A DNA stretch of 64,000 bases from Deltaproteobacteria bacterium (GTDB taxonomy: Bacteria; SAR324; NAC60-12), in NCBI GenBank assembly GCA_038150265.1, contig JAYOTF010000001.1, forward strand, positions 32,665 to 96,664, read 5' to 3'. This document shows, piece by piece, positions 53,866 through 63,338 of this stretch. A model generated the notes under the pieces. It had not been told where the DNA came from. It searched no databases and worked only from the letters and a program-made list of their open reading frames with translations. The translations under genes were made by a program, and so were the position numbers. Positions within the stretch are counted from its first letter, which is position 1, and each line of letters opens with the position of its first letter.

Positions 53866-55869
53866 TTATTCTGAACGTTCAGAAAACGCGAGCCGAAGCT
53901 CTCCCCAGGGAGTCAGCGCCCACTGTTGATCGACCCGGCAGATCAAGGACTGACGCGCATGCATCTCATGAAGCAGATGCTCCAGAGAAACCCGTTCCTC
54001 CACCTGAATGGGGTCGCCTGCGCGAATGTTGCGGAGGACCTCCAGCTCAGCACGTCCCTGAGGCTTGGAGTCGTCCTTGAGGTCACGCAGGAGCGAACGA
54101 AACAGCTGTTCCTCCACCTGCTCCAGGCGTTCCTGGTGCGAACGCTGTCCCCGGATGTACAGGGTTGCCTTGTCTTCCGTTCCGGAATTCCGGATGAAGA
54201 GCAGGGCCTCAATGCTCTGGTGCGACCAGACACCAATCGCCAGCATCGTAGGTTCTTCGGGCAAGAAGAGCTCTTTCTGCTCTGCCTCGGGCCACGTTGC
54301 CTGGAGAACCGTCTTCATTTCCTGAAGCAGTCGTTGACGCACGGGATGCCCCGGGAGCAGCGCCTCACTTTTCACATAGTACACCGGACGGCTCCGCTGG
54401 TGCCCATTTTCATAAGGCGTTTTCAGGGAGTCCAGCGTTGCGAGCACCGAACTCCAATCAAGCGAGGCCAGCAGGTTCAGGCCCGTCTTGAGGCCATTTC
54501 CCACGTACACCACCCGCTCGGTTCCCGAGTCGTCCTGAAGCCACCCGGGCGTAATGACGTGTCCGGACTCCTCATAGCCCAGCCCGAAGTCCGGGTAATC
54601 CAACTCCTCGTCAGCCAAGCGAGCCCTTGCCTGACGCACCAGAAGCGACAGGTGCAGCGCGTCATGCCGAGAGTCCGTTTCCATCGCATCCATGGCCTTC
54701 AGGAGGGCGTCCACTTCCGGCACAGCGTCTTCGAGCAAGGCGGCACGCTGCTCCCACTCATTCCGAAGCGCCTGCCAGAGGATCCACTTGTCTCCCACGG
54801 CACACTGGGTGGCTTTCCAGCCACGAGCCCGTGCTGCCCGGAGCGCCTCCAGGTCACTCTCCACGGTGTTCACAAACCGCTTGCCCGTCATGTGTTGGGC
54901 CATCAGGAGGGCGCAGGAGTCTCCGGTGTTGATGCGGATGGTGTCTGCTTCGGGGTCGTAGTACATCAGGAAGCAACGGTCGCCATCGCCATCAAACACC
55001 AGCCCCAGCGCCAGCGTCTCCTTGCGGTGGTACTTGCAGGAGCGTCCCTCGTCGAGAAGCACTTCCAGCGCCTCGTACCCCTGAAAGCGTCCGGACTCCA
55101 CCTCTTCCGGGCGCACCTCCTGGAGGCCCTCCAGATCGGCCACACCGGAACGGGCGTTGATGCCTTCAAGGTTGGCATTGACGACGCGGTGCGGGAGGCC
55201 CTCCAGCAGCGAGGAAAGGACTGGGGCATAGGCGCCATTGGCCGCATCCGCCACCAGCACCAGCTGCTGAGGAAGCTGAGGAAGCCACGAGTTTCGGAAA
55301 TCCCGGCAAAATGCAGCGAAGGCCTCACGGGCGCTGTCCTCTGCTTCTCGCAGCATGCCCTCGGGCTCCAGTTGCTGGAGCAGCGTCCACGGGGTTTCTC
55401 CCAAATGCCGCGTTAGGCGGCGGTCATCCTCTGGAAAGAGCTTGAGGGCATCTCCGCCGAGGAAGACCTTGATGCCGTTCTGGTGGGAGGGGTTGTGAGA
55501 GGCCGTCAGCATCAAGGCGAGAGCCGCCTGACGCTTCACCAGGTACAGCGCCACGGCTGGAGTCGGCTGAATGCCCACCACCACAGCGTGGAGCCCGGAC
55601 TTCCGGACACCTCGGACCGCCGCCTGATTAAAGACTCCGGAAGCATCTCGTGTGTCCCAACCCAGGATGACTTCCTCCCCGGGATTCGCCCAGCCGGCTT
55701 CCAACACCATCTGACAGGTCGCATACGCGTACAGTTCAAAGAACTCTTCCGTCAGCACGCCTTGCTCCAGGAACACCTCTAGCGGACCACGACCCGGGAA
55801 TTCAGAGGCGAGGTGAACGGGACCGCGAATGCCATCCGTCCCTTGAATGCGATCAGGAAGTGGTTTCAT
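53866..55869 (-). CDS. Phosphohexomutase, GlmM-like, extended
   Basis: GTDGIRG, TASHNP (phosphoserine), DGDGDR, VGDKWI, GYEESGH and RNSGTE; adjacent to glmS. Confidence 0.85.
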   Translation of the reverse strand: MKPLPDRIQGTDGIRGPVHLASEFPGRGPLEVFLEQGVLTEEFFELYAYATCQMVLEAGWANPGEEVILGWDTRDASGVFNQAAVRGVRKSGLHAVVVGIQPTPAVALYLVKRQAALALMLTASHNPSHQNGIKVFLGGDALKLFPEDDRRLTRHLGETPWTLLQQLEPEGMLREAEDSAREAFAAFCRDFRNSWLPQLPQQLVLVADAANGAYAPVLSSLLEGLPHRVVNANLEGINARSGVADLEGLQEVRPEEVESGRFQGYEALEVLLDEGRSCKYHRKETLALGLVFDGDGDRCFLMYYDPEADTIRINTGDSCALLMAQHMTGKRFVNTVESDLEALRAARARGWKATQCAVGDKWILWQALRNEWEQRAALLEDAVPEVDALLKAMDAMETDSRHDALHLSLLVRQARARLADEELDYPDFGLGYEESGHVITPGWLQDDSGTERVVYVGNGLKTGLNLLASLDWSSVLATLDSLKTPYENGHQRSRPVYYVKSEALLPGHPVRQRLLQEMKTVLQATWPEAEQKELFLPEEPTMLAIGVWSHQSIEALLFIRNSGTEDKATLYIRGQRSHQERLEQVEEQLFRSLLRDLKDDSKPQGRAELEVLRNIRAGDPIQVEERVSLEHLLHEMHARQSLICRVDQQWALTPWGELRLAFSERSE

Positions 55870-57686
55870 CCGACAGTCACCGATTTGGCAAGGTTTCTGG
55901 GCTTGTCAATCGCCCGTTTCAGCTCCAACGCCGTGTAGTAGGAAAGCAACTGAGCCATGACCATCTGTAGCAATGGTGCCGTAAAGGTCGACTCGGAAGG
56001 GAGCACAATCGCATGGTGCAGAATCGACTGGGCCCTTTCATCTTCCTGGAAGCAGAAGCCCACCACCGTTCCTCCCCGGGTCCGGATCTCCTCCATCGCG
56101 ATCAGGGTTCGGTCGTGCAGGCCCTTCTGCTCAGGAGGAGGAATGAAGAAGAGGGAGTGAACAGACGGCTCAATCAGGGAAAGGGTGCCGTGCTTCAGGA
56201 AGCCAGCAGGCATGCCCTCCGCATGCTGATAGGTCACCTCTTTCATCTTCAAGGCCGACTCCATGGCCACCGGGTAGTAGATCCCACACCCCAGGAACAG
56301 CCAGTTCTGCACCTGATGCGTCTGGCGAGCCAGGTTGCGCAGGAAGCCAGACTGCTCATTCAGAGACGCCTCCACGGCTTCCGGAAGTGATTCAAGCGCG
56401 GCCTGGTGGCCCCTTGCCTGTTCCGGAGTCAGACGCTGGGTCCGGACTCCCAGCTCCAGGGCCGTTCGCATCAACAGGATCACCTGAGCCAGGGCGGCTT
56501 TCGTTGAGACAACGCAGATTTCCGGTCCGGACCCCTGCATGACGACATGGTCCACCAGCATGCTGATGGAAGAGCCCATGACGTTGACCACAGCGCCGGT
56601 CTTGGCTCCCTGCCGCTGCGCATACTGCAACGCGGTTTTGGTGTCATAGGTTTCCCCAGACTGAGAGACCGCGATCACGGCGTCTCCGGACTGGATGGAA
56701 GACACTTCGGCAAACTCATCAGAGCTGATCGTGGGCAGGTAGCGCCCCGCCATTTGTGAAAACAGGTACTGAGCGATCTGGGCCACATAATAAGTGGTGC
56801 CCACGCCCATCAGGTACCCCTGCTGAGAATCTTCCAGAATCTGCGCCAGCCCCTGAATTGAAGGATCCGGAACCTTCAGGGCCTGTCGAATGGTATGAGG
56901 CTCATCGAAGATTTCCTTGAGCATGTAGTGCGCAAAGCCTCCTTTCTTGGTGGTCTCTGTGTCCCAGTCCACCATCAGGACCGACTTGTCCACCGGCTGC
57001 TGGTTGGAGAGCTGCTTGACGGCACACGTGTCGCGCTTCAGCACCGCGTACTCACCGTCTTCCAGCACCAGGGCCCGGCGAGTGTACTCAAGGAAGGCAT
57101 TGATGTCGGAGCCGATGAAGTTTTCATTCACTCCCAGCCCAATCACCAGCGGTGACTCGTGTTTGGCGCAAAACAGCGTTTCGGGCTCATGAGGGGTCAT
57201 GAGGATCACGCCAAACGATCCCTCTACCCGATGAAGTGCAGCGACAAAGGCTTCCTCCACATCTTCACAGGTCTGGTAAGCCACCTGAACCAGATTGACC
57301 AGTACCTCCGTATCGGTCTGGGAGTGGAAGGTGATGCCCTGGCTCTTCAACTCCTCACGCAGCTCCTGGTAATTGGAGATGATGCCATTGTGCGCAAGCG
57401 CAAACTCGCCGTTCATGGAGCGATGCGGGTGCGCATTTTCCGGTGTCACACCGCCGTGGGTGGCCCAACGCGTGTGCGCAATGCCCAAGGCGCCTTGAAG
57501 CGCCAGCAGGTCTTCCTTGGCATTGACCTCGTCCACGCCCCCTGTGCTCTTCCGGATGTGCAGCGTTCCCTCATGAAGGGTGCCCATGCCACAGGAGTCG
57601 TACCCTCGGTACTCCTGACTCCGGATGGAAGAAAGCAAACGCCGAGAAATGGGCTCGGCGCTAACAATTCCACTAATGCCACACAT
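55866..57686 (-). CDS. glmS: Glutamine--fructose-6-phosphate transaminase
   Basis: MCGI, EYRGYDS, HTRWATHG, SQSGET, LKMKE and PRNLAKSVTV. Confidence 0.97.
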   Translation of the reverse strand: MCGISGIVSAEPISRRLLSSIRSQEYRGYDSCGMGTLHEGTLHIRKSTGGVDEVNAKEDLLALQGALGIAHTRWATHGGVTPENAHPHRSMNGEFALAHNGIISNYQELREELKSQGITFHSQTDTEVLVNLVQVAYQTCEDVEEAFVAALHRVEGSFGVILMTPHEPETLFCAKHESPLVIGLGVNENFIGSDINAFLEYTRRALVLEDGEYAVLKRDTCAVKQLSNQQPVDKSVLMVDWDTETTKKGGFAHYMLKEIFDEPHTIRQALKVPDPSIQGLAQILEDSQQGYLMGVGTTYYVAQIAQYLFSQMAGRYLPTISSDEFAEVSSIQSGDAVIAVSQSGETYDTKTALQYAQRQGAKTGAVVNVMGSSISMLVDHVVMQGSGPEICVVSTKAALAQVILLMRTALELGVRTQRLTPEQARGHQAALESLPEAVEASLNEQSGFLRNLARQTHQVQNWLFLGCGIYYPVAMESALKMKEVTYQHAEGMPAGFLKHGTLSLIEPSVHSLFFIPPPEQKGLHDRTLIAMEEIRTRGGTVVGFCFQEDERAQSILHHAIVLPSESTFTAPLLQMVMAQLLSYYTALELKRAIDKPRNLAKSVTVG

Positions 57687-57691
57687 AGTTT

Positions 57692-58882
57692 TTACAGGCT
57701 GAGGTTATCAGAATGAATGGTTCCACTGGGCACCAGGGCCCCCGGAGAAATGGTGTGCCGGGCTCCAATGATGGATCCGTCTCCAATGAAGGCTCCGGCT
57801 TTTTGCAGCTGAGTGTCAATCGTCCCCTCGGCCAGGGAACAGCGAACGGTTTGCTGATCCCAGTGGTGGTTGACCGTCGTGACGCCTGACCCGAGCTGCA
57901 CCCCTTCGCCAACCACGCTGTCTCCAATGAAGGAAAGGCGACCCAGGTCACTGCTTCCAAAGATGACGCAATTTTTCAGCTCAGATCCATACCCCACAAC
58001 CGAAAGCGGCCCTACTGCGCTATGGTGCCGCACCAACGTGTTGTTGCCGATGTAGCTGTTTTTGCCAATGAAGCACGGCCCCTTCAAAACCGTCCCGGAC
58101 TCAATCACCACGTTTTCTTCCACCACCACGGCCCCTTGAATCTGAACATTGCCCATCAGCTTGGCGGAGGCGTCAATGGACGCGTGTGTCCAGGTGTCCA
58201 TCACCATCTGGTTGGCCTCAAGGATGTGCCAGGGGTAAATGATGTCAATCCAGCCCTCTTCCCAAATCGTGGCCTGCACCTTGGTCGCTTCCAGAAGCTG
58301 CTGGAGCGAACGCGCCATGTCTCGTTCGCATGCCTCCAGGCAGGAAAAGATCTGAGGCGTCAGGACAAAGACCCCGGCCAACACGTAGTTGGCCATGGCC
58401 CCCTGTGGCTTCTCCACCAACCGTGTGATGCGCATCTCGTGGTCAAGGTACACATTCCCGAAATCGCGGGAAGAGGGGGGAAGCGCAACCGTCGCCACCG
58501 ATGCGCCGGAGCCCGAATAAGCCTGCAGCGCGGCCTGATACGGGTTTCCGTGAAACAGGGTGTCGCCGTACACCAGGAGGAAGGACTGGTTCTCCAGCTG
58601 AGGGCGGCACACCTCCAGCGCATGACCAATTCCCAGCACAGGCTCCTGCACCACGTAGTCCAGGTGCAACCCCCAGGCAGAGCCATCTCCAAAGAAACGC
58701 CGGAGCGCATCCTGCTGATGATTGACCACCAGCAGCACCTCCCGGATCCCCGCCTCGCCCAGTGCCTTGAGGGTGTACTCCAGAATGTAGTGCCCGCCCA
58801 CCCGAATCATCGCCTTGGCTCGGGTTTCGGTAAAGGGCTGAAGCCGCGGGCTGTTGTTGGCGGCAAGAATGACTGCTTTCAT
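57692..58882 (-). CDS. Archaeal-type GlmU-like sugar-phosphate nucleotidyltransferase/acetyltransferase
   Basis: MKAVILAA N-terminus, VEKP, WIDI.YPW.ILEAN, hexapeptide repeats (ELKNCVI, FIGDSVVG) and K.GAFIGD. Confidence 0.85.
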   Translation of the reverse strand: MKAVILAANNSPRLQPFTETRAKAMIRVGGHYILEYTLKALGEAGIREVLLVVNHQQDALRRFFGDGSAWGLHLDYVVQEPVLGIGHALEVCRPQLENQSFLLVYGDTLFHGNPYQAALQAYSGSGASVATVALPPSSRDFGNVYLDHEMRITRLVEKPQGAMANYVLAGVFVLTPQIFSCLEACERDMARSLQQLLEATKVQATIWEEGWIDIIYPWHILEANQMVMDTWTHASIDASAKLMGNVQIQGAVVVEENVVIESGTVLKGPCFIGKNSYIGNNTLVRHHSAVGPLSVVGYGSELKNCVIFGSSDLGRLSFIGDSVVGEGVQLGSGVTTVNHHWDQQTVRCSLAEGTIDTQLQKAGAFIGDGSIIGARHTISPGALVPSGTIHSDNLSL

Positions 58883-58885
58883 GGC

Positions 58886-59569
58886 CTATCCTTTCTCTGC
58901 TGAGGTCACATGAGACCGCATGAAGTCGAGCGCCTCCTCCACGGTCCGGTTCGTCGTATCCACCAAAATGGCATCCTCGGCCTGACGTAGCGGCGCAACC
59001 GTCCGGTTCCGATCCCGCTCATCTCGCTCCTGAAGCGCCTGGAAAACCGCCTCAAACGTCGTGGTTTCGCCCTTGGCCTGAAGCTGCTCCAGGCGACGCT
59101 GCGCCCGGACTTCCGGATCAGCATCTACAAAAAACTTGAACGACGCCTCCGGAAAGATCACGGTTCCAATGTCCCGCCCCTCCAAAACAGCCCCCGGGTC
59201 GCCGTGCTCCTGCGCACTGAACACCACCCGGCGCTGCTGCTCCTTCATGGCCTCCCGAATTTCCGGGAACTGGCTGATTCGAGAAGCCAGCATCGACGCC
59301 TCTTCGGTCCGGATGGCGGCGGTCACGTCTTCTCCATTGCAGAAGAAACGGGAGGCCTCTACATGAATCTGGGTGGAGGCGCCGATCTCCTGGAGCACCG
59401 TGGAGGTTTCCTGCTGACCGCGCTGCTGCCACACCAGCCCCAGGCACCGGAACATCGCGCCGGTATCCACGTAGAGGAAGCCCAGTTGCTCGGCCAGTTG
59501 CCGGGCCAAGGTGCTCTTGCCCACACCAGTGGGACCATCAATTGCGACAATGTGAAAGGGAGGGTTCAT
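58886..59569 (-). CDS. cmk: Cytidylate kinase
   Basis: AIDGPTGVGKST, DTGAMFR, EGRDIGTVIFP and RDERD.NR.VAPL. Confidence 0.96.
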   Translation of the reverse strand: MNPPFHIVAIDGPTGVGKSTLARQLAEQLGFLYVDTGAMFRCLGLVWQQRGQQETSTVLQEIGASTQIHVEASRFFCNGEDVTAAIRTEEASMLASRISQFPEIREAMKEQQRRVVFSAQEHGDPGAVLEGRDIGTVIFPEASFKFFVDADPEVRAQRRLEQLQAKGETTTFEAVFQALQERDERDRNRTVAPLRQAEDAILVDTTNRTVEEALDFMRSHVTSAEKG

Positions 59570-59589
59570 GTGCGTTTCACGTGAAACAT

Positions 59590-62250
59590 TCAGGGTTTTG
59601 CCAGCTCATCCAGACGCTTCTGAATGAGTTGCTGCCACTCCGGAGCCTCAAACTCGCGGAGCATCTTCTTGTAGACCGCCCGAGCCTCGGTCGGACGCTT
59701 CAGGGCCCAGTAGCTTTCGGCCATCATCCGGTTCACCTCAAAGCGCTCAGCAGTGGAAAGGCTCCGGTCCAGGTAGATCACCTTCAGGTTCGCAGCGAGA
59801 GACTCGCTGTGCTTCTCCATCCGGAACGCCAGCTGCCCACGTTCCTTCAAGATCCGGAGCTGACGGGTCGCTTTCTGATCATCTTCCGAGGCCCCGTTTG
59901 CCTGCTCAGCTTCTGACATCCAGCGTTCCGCCTGATCCCATTGCTGCAGGTCCTGATGAATCTGACCGAGTCGCAGGAACAGCTCTACCCGTTCCCCCAC
60001 CTTCAGGTCAACATTTTGCTGAGCCTGCTGCTCGTAATGGGCCGCCAGTTTTCGCAAATAAGGCGCCGCCTGGTCCGGATGCCCCTGTTTCACGTGAAAC
60101 GCGACCAAGCGCTCCAGTACTTCAATGGCCACTGAATCCGTCTCATTTTCAGCAAGAAGCTCTTGGGCAACCTTCAAAAACTGTTCCGACTGCTCCAGTT
60201 GCTGAGCAATGAGCAGGAGCTGAAAGCGCATGGGGCGGAGCCGCTCAGGCGCCGCAGTGCCCATCGCCAGCAAGTAGCTTTCTCGTGAGTCTTCCCAGCG
60301 CTGAAGACGGTAAAGGGCATCTGCCTGTTGCTCATAAAGCCAGGCCTGCTGCTCCGGAGTCCAGGTTGAGAGGGGGAGGGTCTTGCTCCAGCGAACCAGT
60401 TCGGCGTCTTGCCCGAGGTCCTGAAGAGCCCGGACCCGTAACTCCGCCAGCTCAAAGACCGGATGCGGCTTCAGTTCGGCAACCAGCAGCGGATCCGCTT
60501 CCTTGGCGCGCTCCAGGGCCAGGAGCGCTTTCGCCTGCATCACCGTCAGACGGACGGGGCGAAGCGGTTCCGGATACTCCTGCCGAATGCGCTCCACCAG
60601 CTGCAGCACGGCCTCGGGCTTCTCCAGAGACTGCTGAGCCTGCGCCTGAAAGAGCAGGGCCTCTTCCAGCAAAGGCGACTCCGGATCCGTCTGCTCCAGC
60701 TCCTGGGTCAGAGAAATCGCACGCCCCCACTCCTCCTGATCGAGCAGCAGGGCGGCTTCCAGCAACAGCCGATCATCGGCCCGCTCAACGGTTTCCGGAA
60801 TCTGCCGCAGGCTGAGCAGCACAAAGCGTGAGGACTGCCCGCGCTGATGAACCAGCACAGCGTTCCAGAAGAAGTACTCCGGAAGCCGGGGGGACTCCGG
60901 ATACTTTGCGAGCAACGCCTGATTTTCTTCCCACGCGGCATCCCAGTTCTGGCGCCGAAGGTCGTAGTTGAGGCGAAAAAACGTGGCCCATTCCTTGGTT
61001 TGCGCAGTACGAGCCGTCTGTTCCGCACGTTTGAAGCCATCGTAAGCGGCCTCGTTCCGACCTTGCTGAAAGAGCGCGTAGGCACGCAGCAGCTCGTATT
61101 CTCCTTCCCAGCTTTTGAGGTCATCCACTGGAAGGGTCAGCCGCAGGATCCAGCCAAACTCCTGGGACGCCGTTGCACTCCGGACCATGTCTTGAGCCTG
61201 ACGGATCCGGATTTGGGGATCGCGGATTTGATTGAGAATCTCCAGAGCCGTGTCCCACTGCTCCTGCTGGAGGGCAAGCCGTCCACGAATTCGCTGCGTC
61301 CAGTCGTTGGTTCCGCTGTGCTTCTCCAGTTGCCCCACCCATTCTTCCACGGCGTCCCAGCGCTTCTCCTGGATTTCCGCCGCAATCCGGAGCTGAAGGA
61401 GGTCCTTCATGATGGGAGCGTTGTAGTCCTTCTGGAACCGCTCATCCACAAAGGCTCGGAGCGCCTCCCACTGCTGCTGCTGGTAGTACTCCTGTGCCAG
61501 AAACAGGAGGGCCTTGGGTGTGGGAGTGCTCCGGACCCAAAGCTGGAGGGTTTCTTCAGGAGCCCCGGTTTTCAGGGTCTTCTGAAGCAAAAACTCCAAT
61601 TCCCAGAAATAGGGGGAAAGCGTGGGATCCGTGGCCCAGTCGTTTCGGGTTGCTTCCAGCCACTCCAGCGCCTGATCACCCAGGCCCTGACGCCCCAGTA
61701 GCCACGCCTTGGTGTACTGGGCCTCAGTGGTCAATTCGTAGAGATTGCGGTTCAGCAACGCCTCCACGGACTTCTGGGCGTCCACCAGATCACGGACCGG
61801 AGTGTTTCGCTGGTTCGCGCTCTTCAGCTCGTGGATGCGAACGTAGGCCTGCGCGCTCCAAAACAGCGACCGACCGTACCAGTCGGAAGTGGGGTTGCCC
61901 GCTTCCTCTTGCTGAATCGTGTAAAAGTCCTTCAGCGCCTCCTGGAGGCTCTTGATGTTGTTCGAGAACAGCTTCCGGTAAGCAACGTGAAACCGCTTTC
62001 CGGATGAGTCAAACCACCCAGGCTCAGGAGGCTCATACTGGCTGGGAAACAGGGCCTGCCACTGGGGCAAGGGCGGGAGTTCCAGCTGAGGAAGCGTGAC
62101 CAGCTCTTCTGACCCTCCAGAAGGCGTATAAGCAGGAATTTCAAATGGGTAGCGCCCAGCACGGCTCTCAACAAAAGTGGGGAGGTCGGCAGCCTGAGCA
62201 AGGGAAGGGAGGATCCATAACAGCAGTCCAATCCATCCGAAGCGACGCAT
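59590..62250 (-). CDS. Large exported TPR-repeat protein
   Basis: Signal peptide ending AQA; repeated TPR-like helices with YPESP/DPESP turns. Confidence 0.8.
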   Translation of the reverse strand: MRRFGWIGLLLWILPSLAQAADLPTFVESRAGRYPFEIPAYTPSGGSEELVTLPQLELPPLPQWQALFPSQYEPPEPGWFDSSGKRFHVAYRKLFSNNIKSLQEALKDFYTIQQEEAGNPTSDWYGRSLFWSAQAYVRIHELKSANQRNTPVRDLVDAQKSVEALLNRNLYELTTEAQYTKAWLLGRQGLGDQALEWLEATRNDWATDPTLSPYFWELEFLLQKTLKTGAPEETLQLWVRSTPTPKALLFLAQEYYQQQQWEALRAFVDERFQKDYNAPIMKDLLQLRIAAEIQEKRWDAVEEWVGQLEKHSGTNDWTQRIRGRLALQQEQWDTALEILNQIRDPQIRIRQAQDMVRSATASQEFGWILRLTLPVDDLKSWEGEYELLRAYALFQQGRNEAAYDGFKRAEQTARTAQTKEWATFFRLNYDLRRQNWDAAWEENQALLAKYPESPRLPEYFFWNAVLVHQRGQSSRFVLLSLRQIPETVERADDRLLLEAALLLDQEEWGRAISLTQELEQTDPESPLLEEALLFQAQAQQSLEKPEAVLQLVERIRQEYPEPLRPVRLTVMQAKALLALERAKEADPLLVAELKPHPVFELAELRVRALQDLGQDAELVRWSKTLPLSTWTPEQQAWLYEQQADALYRLQRWEDSRESYLLAMGTAAPERLRPMRFQLLLIAQQLEQSEQFLKVAQELLAENETDSVAIEVLERLVAFHVKQGHPDQAAPYLRKLAAHYEQQAQQNVDLKVGERVELFLRLGQIHQDLQQWDQAERWMSEAEQANGASEDDQKATRQLRILKERGQLAFRMEKHSESLAANLKVIYLDRSLSTAERFEVNRMMAESYWALKRPTEARAVYKKMLREFEAPEWQQLIQKRLDELAKP

Positions 62251-62252
62251 GG

Positions 62253-63338
62253 TTACCTTTGAGAAAGGGGTGGGTCGGGGAGGGTCTGACGGAACTCAAT
62301 CAGCGCCTGGGTGGCTGCATTCAGGTCTTCGGCAGAAAGCCGGAGGGCGTACTCGTAACGAGCCATGGCGTGTTGGTAACGCGGGTCATAGTAGTCGGTC
62401 AAGAGGATCTGTGCCAATTCTTCCAAATGCCCATGCTTCAGGCAGTGACGCAGGTGCTCAACGCGCTTGGCACTCAGTGCCATTTTGAGGGTCTGCAGGA
62501 TGGCATCAACCTCCTGGACGTCAGCCTCGCTGCGGAGGGCGTAGTCTTCAACCGTTCGCTGCACCCGGGTTTCCAAAGAGGCCTCCAGCAGCACCGTCAC
62601 GCCTTCCCGGAGGGTCTGGAACACGGGCTTGGGAATGAAGACGGGCCCGACCTTTCGGCTCTCCCCCTCTACAAACCAGTGAGCCCCAGCAGGCAGAGCC
62701 TGGATCTGTTGCAGCATCAGGCCCTCAAAGTTGCGCTGCGTCCGGGGGTGGAGGTGCAGGGCGCCAAACAGTGAGCTGCGGTGCTGGGCCAGCCCTTCCA
62801 GGTCCAGGTGATCCGGGAGCCCTCGCAAGATGCGGGTCTTGCCAACACCGGTTTGCCCATGCAGCACAATGAAGGAGCCCGTGAAGGCGCCCAGCTCCTT
62901 CAGGACATGATTGCGGTAAGCCTTGTACCCGCCCTGAAGCTGCTGAACCCGGTACCCCTGCGCCTGCAACAGGCGCACAACCGAGGCGGAGCGCATTCCT
63001 CCACGGGCACAGTAGACAATCAGCGGCTGTTCCTGCAGCGGAAGGAAGGGCTCCAGAAATTCCTGAACCTTCTCGGAAACCAGGTCCTTTCCGCGCTCAA
63101 CGGCCACCTGAGGTCCCACCTGTTTGTAGAGGGTCCCGATCTCCGCTCGCTCCATGCCACTGAACAGGGGGATGCTCTGGGCACCGGGAATGGCGCCTTG
63201 CTGAAACTCTTCAGGCGTCCGGACGTCGACCAGCTGGTGACCCGACTGCAGCGCCGCTTCCGTTGAGAGGCTCTCGAGGTCTCCCTCCAGAAAACGATCA
63301 ATCCCGGCCCGGAAGGTCGCTGCAGTGGTGGTGGTCAC
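62253..63338 (-). CDS. mnmH: tRNA 2-selenouridine synthase
   Basis: Rhodanese domain DVRTP.EF..G.IPGA and [10 protein letters not shown]-loop [24 protein letters not shown] and YYDPRY. Confidence 0.95.
   Translation of the reverse strand: MTTTTAATFRAGIDRFLEGDLESLSTEAALQSGHQLVDVRTPEEFQQGAIPGAQSIPLFSGMERAEIGTLYKQVGPQVAVERGKDLVSEKVQEFLEPFLPLQEQPLIVYCARGGMRSASVVRLLQAQGYRVQQLQGGYKAYRNHVLKELGAFTGSFIVLHGQTGVGKTRILRGLPDHLDLEGLAQHRSSLFGALHLHPRTQRNFEGLMLQQIQALPAGAHWFVEGESRKVGPVFIPKPVFQTLREGVTVLLEASLETRVQRTVEDYALRSEADVQEVDAILQTLKMALSAKRVEHLRHCLKHGHLEELAQILLTDYYDPRYQHAMARYEYALRLSAEDLNAATQALIEFRQTLPDPPLSQR

Noticed and set aside
57680..57700. glmS ribozyme
   Set aside because: Only 5 bp separate glmS from the upstream gene, leaving no room.
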